From Antedon mediterranea (Eukaryota; Animalia; Echinodermata): a stretch of 64,000 bases of DNA. The translations under genes and the position numbers were made by a program. Shown here one piece after another: positions 10,601-20,479 of this stretch (position 1 is its first letter; each line of letters opens with the position of its first letter). The DNA lies in NCBI RefSeq assembly GCF_964355755.1, contig NC_092680.1, positions 6,944,001-7,008,000 of the forward strand, written 5' to 3'. Below the pieces are notes generated by a model that was not told the origin of the DNA, did no database searches, and saw only the letters and a program-made list of their open reading frames with translations.

Positions 10601-12537
10601 ACATTGCCGTCAAACCAGGTAAATCACTTTTGCTGTCAATAGTATACAAATATTTACTGGGCTGAGGGCATGCCTTGATGAAAGTTCAGTAAATAATTGT
10701 TTTATATACCGTACCACCCAATTTGGCTGGCTAGGCCGAAGCGAACACAAACATGGATTTGGTTGGATTATTCCTAGTTTGTGGCACAGTTTCGCTGCGA
10801 AGAAGAAAACAAAAAAGATATTCGTCACTTCCAGATATGCAATCAATATTCCTAAATCATACTTTATTTATTTCTTCATATTTTAACTGGCCGCTAAACT
10901 TACTAAATCCTCTAAGTCAGGTCATACACAAGTTAATCATCGTAGGCTAGGTTAGGGATAGCTACGCAAGTGTTGTGTCGTCGCGTGTGTGTACTGATTG
11001 TATTGAAAAAGATAGAGGAAACAATTTAACCGGTCTATAGTTTGAAGGCATGGCAAAAACTATATTAACCAATCAGATGCCGTGAATTGAAAGGTGCCGG
11101 TATATAATCACTAATTTCCATTTGAATTTTTCTTTTTTTTCTCTTTATATATATATATATATATGGCCCAATCCCGTCATGAGAGACGATAACCTCAGGT
11201 CCAAAATATTATTTACTAAGCTAAGTACTTCTCTGCTACGGATGAGTTCTGTTGGGTTCATTTATTTGTTTTTTGTTTATTTGTTATACAGAGTTTTATA
11301 AGCATCTGCAATTAGGTTTTTAACTACTCCGTTGGTAACGAATAAACTGCAAAGCCTTTCACATTCAGCAACATATGCATTGGCATACAAATTATATTAA
11401 TAAATAAATGTATGGAATCTTATTTTTGTTTGAAGCTTACAGATGTGAAATGGAGATTAAACCTGGAGATGTCGGAAGCTAGACGAGCTAAGATGAAATT
11501 ACCAAATGCCGTATTTGAACTAGGGGTCACTAAAGACAATGAGGATATGGAAAGAATACGAATTGAATTCAATCATCAACAACTTTATGAATTCTATAAT
11601 CAGGTACGTGTGGTACATGCATTATTTTTTAATTAAAAGTCGCTATTTAACCGGGTTTGAACAATACCATGAAAGGCCCAGTGGTCTAATGGTAAAGACA
11701 TCTGCATACAAAGCAGAAGGTTCTGGGTTCGAATGTCGGTTGGGCGACTTTTTCTCATTCTCACAGATTTCCCTTATCTTTATTGTTTCAAATTTATTAT
11801 ATTTAAATATATATATTACTATAAATAAATCAATATTTTCATAAATTTAGTGTATAAAATAAAACATTATGCAAACCAAATAAATCAAGATATATATGTT
11901 TTTTTCAAAACATTACAATATTATTGTTATATATTGGTAAATTTCAATTCAATTACAAGGATTGTTTATAGAGAGTTCTGCGGTGATGACGGTAGGTGGC
12001 GCTGCATGGTTGCTAGCCAACCAAAAAATGCGTTCAACCTGCCTGAGTGACTCTCAGGTCACCAATGGTTTGGAATAGGCTTATTGTAGTAGATATTTTA
12101 AAACTTAATAATTTTCAATAAAAACAAACTAAAATTTTAAAAGATCATTAAAATTTGTTTTTAATGATCTATTTATTCTTTAACTACAGTTTAAGTTTAA
12201 AAAAATCAAGCTAAGATACACATTTTGATAAAAATACAGATCTATACAGTTTATCAACATAGTAGCCCTGAACGTATTTTTTGGTTGGCTAGCAACCATG
12301 CAGCGCCCTCTATCGTTGTGCCGTCACACCGCAGAACTCTATATAGAATACACTGAGGTAATCAGGCGCAGTGGTGGACACAACTTCAAACTAGTATATC
12401 TGTTGCTCCCTCTCCATGGTGTGGTTAGCTTTTTGAACTGTGAGTGTTAAAGTTGTCTCTAGTATAATACCTGTTTTTGTTTTTTTTTGTCTTTTCAGCT
12501 TGAGATAATACAAGGACAGCTTGATTCACTGAGCTGA
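7651..12537 (+). CDS. COMMD10: COMM domain-containing protein 10, 7 coding exons, 197 aa
   Basis: Exons 7651-7679, 8401-8491, 9553-9663, 10027-10098, 10535-10618, 11436-11603, 12499-12537; all GT-AG, total 594 nt. Protein [40 protein letters not shown]...[12 protein letters not shown]...[25 protein letters not shown] closely resembles COMMD10. Confidence 0.95.
8128..8153. mobile_element. 26-bp P/Galileo-type remnant (probable excision footprint), TSD CCTAGGC
   Basis: catggagtaaa-gaaa-tttactccatg flanked by cctaggc at 8121-8127 and 8154-8160. Confidence 0.7.
8401..8491 (+). CDS. COMMD10: COMMD10 exon 2
   Basis: [30 protein letters not shown]; ttacag acceptor, AAG|gtaggt donor. Confidence 0.95.
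8560..9452. mobile_element. 893-bp foldback non-autonomous DNA transposon, ~350-bp TIRs, 8-bp TSD GGCACCCC (Merlin- or Mutator-like)
   Basis: Ends ggcgctagttccgtttcgcacctg / caggtgcgaaacggaactagcgcc; inner arm matches such as gtttctatggagcgccaaaagagcaa; ggcacccc at 8552-8559 and 9453-9460. Confidence 0.85.
9553..9663 (+). CDS. COMMD10: COMMD10 exon 3
   Basis: [37 protein letters not shown]; canonical splice sites. Confidence 0.95.
10027..10098 (+). CDS. COMMD10: COMMD10 exon 4
   Basis: [24 protein letters not shown]; canonical splice sites. Confidence 0.93.
10334..10424 (+). mobile_element. tRNA-derived SINE head (degenerate)
   Basis: A-box-like tagctgtccgag and B-box gggttcgaatccc; no intact cloverleaf. 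Confidence 0.5.
10535..10618 (+). CDS. COMMD10: COMMD10 exon 5
   Basis: [28 protein letters not shown]; canonical splice sites. Confidence 0.92.
10693..11118. mobile_element. Possible non-autonomous element with short subterminal inverted repeats
   Basis: tatataccgtacc near 10703 versus ggtgccggtatata near 11093; interior is GC-richer than flanks; no clear TSD. Confidence 0.3.
11436..11603 (+). CDS. COMMD10: COMMD10 exon 6 (COMM domain)
   Basis: [31 protein letters not shown]...[13 protein letters not shown]; AAG acceptor, CAG|gtacgt donor. Confidence 0.92.
11675..11748 (+). mobile_element. tRNA-derived SINE head or tRNA pseudogene
   Basis: A box tggtctaatgg, B box gggttcgaatg, gccca/tgggc acceptor-like pairing, broken T-stem. 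Confidence 0.55.
11969..12343. mobile_element. ~375-bp MITE with ~65-bp TIRs, TA-flanked
   Basis: agagttctgcggtg / caccgcagaactct and ggcgctgcatggttgctagccaaccaaaaaat / attttttggttggctagcaaccatgcagcgcc; superfamily uncertain. Confidence 0.8.
12499..12537 (+). CDS. COMMD10: COMMD10 exon 7 ([12 protein letters not shown])
   Basis: Strong polypyrimidine acceptor; TGA at 12535-12537. Confidence 0.93.
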   Translation, partial: LEIIQGQLDSLS

Positions 12538-13237
12538 TTATAAAAAAAAGTGTTTTTCATTTTGATGGAGCTGGTGTGGATCAAAGAAGATGACTACATG
12601 CATAGATTAAGAATACATGAACAACATGCTATTAATCCTCTGTCATGTCAATATGTAAGACACCAGCATACATTATTGTTTAGACTTATATATTTATAAA
12701 AAAATTATATTTTATATATCAAATTTATTTTATATGTAATTACTGATTGAGGCTATTTTACGTATAAAATGAAGTTACAAACTTTTAATTTGAAATCTCA
12801 ATTAATTATATAAATGTTATTATTTAGTTAATTATATATAAATTGTCTTGTATTGTATTGTTCTGAGATTCTCTAATAACCAACTTCAGCTAGATGGAAC
12901 ATCCTCAAATCATATTTACATGGATGAATGTATGAATTTTTCTTTATCAATGGTAAATATGAAATTAGTTCTTAAATGTTTTGTTGTTCTTTACACGAAT
13001 TTACCATTGGTTTGATAAAATTAAATTAATACAATCTTTTGTGAACAGGTGAACATTTACAATCATTTTATACGGGACAAAAATCCAAATCCACTAAAGT
13101 CCTTTAAATTAGCAATTAAATAAAAACAAAGTACAAATATTGCCTTGTTTCTAGTTTAATTGTTTGAAATTATTGGTAGGAACTATTTTATTATTATCAA
13201 TCATGGCCAAGTTCTCATTAATCAAAGTACAATACAG

Positions 13238-15312
13238 TGTCGATTGTTGTTGGTAGCCACCAAGTATATCTTACGATGTCAATTGTTGTTGGTAACCACC
13301 AAGTATATCTCACGATGTCGATTGTTGTTGGTAACCACCAAGTATATCAAAGATGCCGATTGATGTTGTTAACCACCAAGTATATCACACAATGTCGATT
13401 GTTGTTGGTAACCACCAAGTATATCTCACAATGTCGATTGTTTTTGGTAACCACAAGGTATATCTGACGATGTCGATTGTTGTTGGTAACCACCAAGTAT
13501 ATCTCGCGATGTCGATTGTTGTTGGTAACCACCAAGTATATCTTGCGATGTCGATTGTTGTTGGTAACCACCAAGTATATCGCACAATGTCGATTGTTGT
13601 TGGTAACCACCAAGTATATCACACAATGTCGATTGTTGTTGGTAACCACCAAGTATATCACACAATGTCGATTGTTGTTGGTAACCACCAAGTATATCTC
13701 ACGATGTCGATTGTTGTTGGTAACCACCAAGTATATCTCGCGATGTCGATTGTTGTTGGTAACCACCAAGTATATCTTGCGATGTCGATTGTTGTTGGTA
13801 ACCACCAAGTATATCGCACAATGTCGATTGTTGTTGGTAACCACCAAGTATATCACACAATGTCGATTGTTGTTGGTAACCACCAAGTATATCTTACGAG
13901 GTCGATTGTTGTTGGTAACCACCAAGTATATCTTACGAGGTTGATTGTTGTTGGTAACCACAAAGTATATCTCACGATGTCGATTGTTGTTGGTAACCAC
14001 CAAGTATATCTCGCGATGTCGATTGTTGTTGGTAACCACCAAGTATATCACACGATGTCGATTGTTGTTGGTAGCCACCAAGTATATCTCGCGATGTCGA
14101 TTGTTGTTGGTAACCACCAAGTATATCTTACGATGTCGATTGTTGTTGGTAACCACCAAGTATATCTTACGAGGTCGATTGTTGTTGGTAACCACCAAGT
14201 ATATCTTACGAGGTCGATTGTTGTTGGTAACCACCAAGTATATCTCACAATGTCGATTGTTGTTGGTAACCACCAAGTATATCTCGCGATGTCGATTGTT
14301 GTTGGTAACCACCAAGTATATCACACGATGTCTATTGTTGTCGGTAACCACAAAGTATATCTCACGATGTTGATTGTTGTTTGTAACCACCAAGTATATC
14401 TCACGATGTCGATTGTTGTTGGTAACCACCAAGTATATCACACGATGTCAATTGTTGTTGGTAACCACAAAGTATATCACGATGTTGATTGTTGTTTGTG
14501 ACCACCAAGTATATCTTACGAGGTCGATTGTTGTTGGTAACCACCAAGTATATCTTACGAGGTCGATTGTTGTTGGTAACCACCAAGTATATCACACGAT
14601 GTCGATTGTTGTTGGTAGCCACCAAGTATATCTCGCGATGTCGATTGTTGTTGGTAACCACCAAGTATATCTTGCGATGTCGATTGTTGTTGGTAACCAC
14701 CAAGTATATCTTACGAGGTCGATTGTTGTTGGTAACCACCAAGTATATCTTACGAGGTCGATTGTTGTTGGTAACCACCAAGTATATCTCACGATGTCGA
14801 TTGTTGTTGGTAACCACCAAGTATATCTCGCGATGTCGATTGTTGTTGGTAACCACCAAGTATATTACACGATGTCGATTGTTGTTGGTAACCACAAAGT
14901 ATATCTCACGATGTTGATTGTTGTTTGTAACCACCAAGTATATCTCACGATGTCGATTGTTGTTGGTAACCACCAAGTATATCACACGATTTCGATTGTT
15001 GTTGGTAACCACAAAGTATATCTCGCGATGTCGATTGTTGTTGGTAACCACCAAGTATATCACGATGTTGATTGTTGTTTGTGACCACCAAGTATATCTT
15101 ACGAGGTCGATTGTTGTTGGTAACCACCAAGTATATCTCAAAATGTCGATTGTTGTTGGTAACCACCAAGTATATCACACGATGTCGATTGTTGTTGGTA
15201 ACCACAAAGTATATCTCACGATGTTGATTGTTGTTTGTGACCACCAAGTATATCTTACGAGGTTGATTGTTGTTGGTAACCACCAAGTATATCTCATGAT
15301 GTCGATTGTTGG
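13238..15312. repeat. 39-bp minisatellite, about 53 copies
   Basis: Unit gatgtcgattgttgttggtaaccaccaagtatatctcac; a few 37-bp units; source of the repetitive ORFs in the track. Confidence 0.97.
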
Positions 15313-17624
15313 CATTTTTTTGAAAAATCCCTGTGGTTTTTTTGACATATAGTACAGGGAAATTTTCGAAAAATGCCAATTTTTCGACCCTTTGTTTTTT
15401 TTACATAAATGGTTACTATAGCACAATAAACATGCGCAGAGTCGGATATTGGGTTCTGCGCATGTCAATTATGCTTTAGTAACCAGTTTTATCGAAAAAT
15501 AAAGAGGTCAAAATTTAGCATTTTTTTGGAAAAATCCCGAGACTATAGTACAGGGAAATTTTCAAAAAATGCCAAAGTTTCGACCCTTTGTTTTTTTGAC
15601 ATAAATGGTTACTATAGCACAGTAAACATGCGCAGAGTCGAATATTGGGTTCTGCGCATGTCAATTATGCTATAGTAATCAGTTTTATCGAAAAATAAAA
15701 AGGTCAAAATTTGGCATTTTTTTGAAAAATCCCTGTACTATAGTACACGGAAATTTTCGAAAAATACAAATTTTTCGACCCTTTGTTTTTTTGACATAAA
15801 TGGTTACTATAGCACAGTAAACATGCGCAGAGTCGAATATTGGGTTCTGCGCATGTCAATTATGCTATAGTAACCAGTTTTATTGAAAAATAAAAAGGTC
15901 AAAATTTGTACTATAGTACAGGGAAATTTTCGAAAAATACAAATTTTTCGACCCTTGGTTTTTTTGACATAAATAATTACTATAGCACAGTAAACATGCG
16001 CAGAGTCGAATATTGGGTTCTGCGCATGTCAATTATGCTATAGTAATCAGTTTTATCGAAAAATAAAAAGGTCAAAATTTGGCATTTTTTGGAAAAATCC
16101 CTGTACTATAGTACAGGGAAATTTTCGAAAAATACAAATTTTTCGACCCTTTGTTTTTTTGATATAAATGGTTACTATAGCACAGTAAACATGCGCAGAG
16201 TCGAATATTGGGTTCTGCGCATGTCAATTATGCTATAGTAACCAGTTTTATCGAAAAATAAAAAGGTCAAAATTTGGCATTTTTTTTGAAAAATCCCTGT
16301 ACTAAAGTACAGGGAAATTTTCGAAAAATACAAATTTTTCGACCATTTGTTTTTTTGACATAAATAATTACTATAGCACAGTAAACATGTGCAGAGTCAA
16401 ATATTGTGTTCTGCGCATGTCAATTATGCTATAGTAACCAGTTTTATCGAAAAATAAAAAGGTCAAAATTTAGCATTTTTTTGGAAAAATCCCGAGACTA
16501 TAGTACAGGGAAATTTTCGAAAAATGCCAAAGTTTCGACCCTTTGTTTTTTTGACATAAATGCTTACTATAGCACAGTAAACATGCGCAGAGTCGAATAT
16601 TGGGTTCTGCGCATGTCAATTATGCTATAGTAATCAGTTTTATCGAAAAATAAAAAGGTCAAAATTTGGCATTTTTTTGAAAAATCCCTGTACTATAGTA
16701 CAGGGAAATTTTCGAAAAATACAAATGTTTCGACCCTTGGTTTTTTTGACATAAATAATTACTATAGCACAATAAACATACGCAGAGTCAAATATTGCGT
16801 TCTGCGCATGTCAATTATGCTATAGTAACCAGTTTTATTGAAAAATAAAAAGGTCAAAAATTTGGCATTTTTTTGAAAAATCCCTAGACTATAGTACAGG
16901 GAAATTTTCGAAAAATGCCAAAGTTTCGACCCTTTGTTTTTTTGACATAAATGGTTACAATAAACATGTGCAGAGTCAAATATTGCGTTCTGCGCATGTC
17001 AATTATGCTATAGTAACCAGTTTTATCGAAAAATAACAAGGTCAAAATTTGACATTTTTTTGAAAAATCCCAATACTGGATAATCCCGATACAGGGAAAT
17101 TTTCAAAAAATGCCAATTTTTCGACCCTTTGTTTTTTTGATATAAATGGTTACTATAGCACAGTAAACATGCGTAGAGTCGAATATTGGGTTCTGCGCAT
17201 GTCAATTATGATATAGTAACCAGTTTTATCGAAAAATAAAAAGATCGAAATTTGGCATTTTTTTGGAAAAATCCCTGTACAGGGAAATTTTCGAAAAATG
17301 CCAATTTTTCGACCCTTTGTTTTTTTGACATAAATGGTTACTATAGCACAATAAACATGCGCAGAGTCGAATATTGGGTTCTGCGCATGGCAATTATGCT
17401 ATAGTAACCAGTTTTATTGAAAAATAAAAAGGTCAACATTTGGCAAATTTTGAAAGAATTCCTGTACTTTTTTTAGTCACTTGAACGTGACTCTATAGTT
17501 TACTATGTCGGTCAGTCTTTCGGTCCGTCTGTCGGTCCGGTATCACTATGCGTTTTAGCACGCGACTTATGGCTGTTGGCCTTGTTTACATAAATGGTTA
17601 CTATAGCACAATAAACATGCGCAG
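15309..17624. repeat. ~196-bp palindromic satellite, about 11 copies plus a partial copy at 17588-17624
   Basis: The gtcgaatattggg loop recurs near 15441, 15637, 15832, 16005, 16201, 16396, 16592, 16787, 16975, 17177 and 17367. Confidence 0.95.
17468..17587 (+). mobile_element. ~120-bp Helentron-associated interspersed element (HINE/DINE-1-like)
   Basis: T-run start, agtcac...gtgact 5' inverted repeat, GTCN/tcgg microsatellite, 3' cgcgact, short ggc...gcc hairpin, cttgtt end. Confidence 0.6.
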
Positions 17625-20021
17625 AAAAATGGCCCTATACCCCTGGACTTTTCAAACGGCACTATTTCATTATCATCAATCTATGACGTCATACAACAAA
17701 TTATGTCGAAAAATAACTAATTTATGAAAACATGACACAATAGATATTCAGCCTTTTCATTTATTGCAGACATAACTAGGGTGTAGCAAAGCAAACTACT
17801 GGTATTGGTGGCAATAATAATAAAAATTCATAAATCTTATAAATAATACAAAAGTATACTATGTACAGCTATCTCTTTTATACTACAATATTTATAAATC
17901 ACTGTTAATAACTCGCCACAACCTTTAAATATGATTTACGCAAAATTCTTTTTTTTAACTGTTTTAAAATGTTTTCATTATTTTATATACACAATATAAT
18001 GACCATTAATAGTATCTGGGGAGCTAGTATATCTTTGGTTTAAAACCAGCTGCAAAATCTACAAGTTGTTTCATGGTTGCAAAAATGTGCAGCCTCTCTA
18101 CGCAACTGTGATGATGCAATAATTCAGATGATAAATATTTAATAGTAGGCCTACATACTACTCATACACTGTCAGTACAGTATATACAATATACAGTTCA
18201 TTGTACAAAAATCATACATATTCATAAACTGTACACTATATACAGCATACAGTTAAATATTTATAATATTAATAATTTCATATACAGTTTTATATTGACT
18301 GTCGATTGGTTGTGACCTTTGAACATTAAGTGTTAAATAGACCAATACCAGTAGTTGCAATAATTTATTTTTTTTTATATATTTTTTTTCCATATTTAGC
18401 GGGAGCACCCACACATACAGTACAATCAAGTCAACAACGATGAACAATTACAATCAGAAGAGTAACAATATCTAAAAAAAAAAACAGTTGTCTTTCTGGT
18501 GTAATTTAACATGTTTAGTTGTAAATTATTGTATGTGGAATGTGTACAATTTATGTTTGAAAAATCCCCAAAAATATATGTTCAGTAATAATTCATCCTT
18601 GTGTTGTTTTGTTTTAGAAGTTTATATAAAGTGTACTAGTAGTAGTAGTAGTAGTAGTAGTTGTAGGTATTTGGTCCAATACACTATTTAAGTACAGATA
18701 TACCCACTTTTAGAAGACACAAAGCAAAGCATTACACAGTGAAACATTTATACAGTACTGTACAAATTTCGAAACATTACATTTCATCGAGTTAATTTAC
18801 AGCTTATTTCCTTTGGAAGTTTGTTTGGGAAGCACAATTTAACTTAAATGTAATAATAATAATGTCAATTTACAAAGCAATGATTTAGGTTAATCATTTC
18901 AATAGTAGGTCTTAAATGCAATTTACAAATAAACAGTTTATAATCAATATTTACATCTAATTAAGTTTAAAAATCAACTATGATTACTGTGTTTTGCCCT
19001 TTATCTTATCCATAATACAGTCTCTCGTCAAATGTATGTACAACGCTTTATATTAAATCTGTTGAACTGCAAACATTCACCAATACTACTTGCCAAATGC
19101 ATCGCAAAGTTAATTCAAGATCAATTTTCAATCCATCAATTATTAATCACTGAACTTGTACAGTATCATTTTTTTTAATCATCATTCTGCTGAATCAATT
19201 AATTTTAATTAATCAATTGTTAATTGCAAATACTTGTTCTTAATCAATCAATTTTACTGTAGTTGTATATTTTATCAATATTAAATCAATCAATCAATCA
19301 ATTATTTTTAATTAATCAATTCTTAATTGCAAATAGTCGTACAGTATCACACTTTTTTTTAAATTAACGCAATACACTATAAATTTATTATTGCTGAAAA
19401 AAAAGAAATTGGCAGTGATACCTATTTCAAACTATACTGTTATACATGAAATAAATAAAATTATTATAATATAATGCAATAATATATAGACTATATTTTA
19501 CATTTATATATGCATACATGGATATTGACTTCACGATACAGCCAAATTTCTTGCACATTAAATTACATTATGCCAATTTTGAATATCCATGCACGCTACA
19601 CACATAATTATTTAAAAATTGTGCGCTTCACGTTTTAAAAAAGTGGCAAGTAATCATATCTTTTTCTTCCTCCTCTGACCATGGCCTACAAACGGATTCA
19701 AATGGGCCAGCTACCATTTTTGCACATTCTTCTTTTTTAAGTGGGGAGAAATCATGTTGCTGACTGAATCAAGGTACTTTCAACTGGTTACCAATAAAGT
19801 TCTGCATTTTTATTTTATTTTTTTTCATGTTTTTGCAATTGGTAAAAATTCTTTATCTTCTCTCTAACAATTTATCTGCAATAAACAGTTCTCTCCCTTT
19901 TAAGGTATTCATTTCTGAATTGTTTGCTGCAGGCCTAGCGTTAAATAACCAGCACAATTGAATGTCATCCGAGTATTTCATTAAGTACTGTACTCAGTTT
20001 TTCATTATGGTAGCTGTACCC

Positions 20022-20479
20022 TCACACTTCAACTGAGCTTATTCTCTTGATGTGAGGTTCCATTTCCAATACCAGTGATGTAATATCCTCCTCAAAGCTC
20101 TGCGAGTAGGTCGGAGGTGATTCCATGGTTGATTGGGTTGGCGACGGTCCATCACTAGTATCACTAAAGCCCTCGTAATTACTACAGGTAACATGGCCAT
20201 TGATGTTGATCTTTTTTAAGTGTTCAAGAGTAGCGCTGCGACTACGTCCAGTTGAGTGTTGACTCAACCGTTTCTTTACCTCATGAATTTCACTGGTGTC
20301 AATTGGAGGCTTGCCGTTGGGGTATTGTTTTCCATTTGGGACACGTCTTCCATTAGCTGTGTGTTTGTTGAGCGTGTTTTGAGGAGAAGATGCATAGCTA
20401 GGTGGCTCCGTGTATGACGGTGAGTGGGCATTCCTATGAATCTTTTCCATTGAAGATGATGCTTTCACAATTTTTACAC
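20022..20479 (-). CDS. Semaphorin last exon, cytoplasmic tail
   Basis: Open Ser/Pro-rich frame with PPSY and PPTY, ends SVEV*; ttatag acceptor, phase 1. Confidence 0.8.

Noticed and set aside
11675-11748. Functional tRNA gene
   Set aside because: T-stem pairing is broken; better explained as a SINE head or pseudogene. The same applies to 10334-10424 and 61823.
13238-15312. CRISPR-like array (palindromic repeat with variable part)
   Set aside because: The variable part is only about 5-7 nt and recurs; no unique spacers, no cas genes, eukaryotic intron-exon context.
13160-15468. Long repetitive ORFs (up to 382 aa) on both strands
   Set aside because: They follow from a 39-bp unit lacking stops in several frames; 37-bp units shift the frames, and there is no splice context or unique domain.
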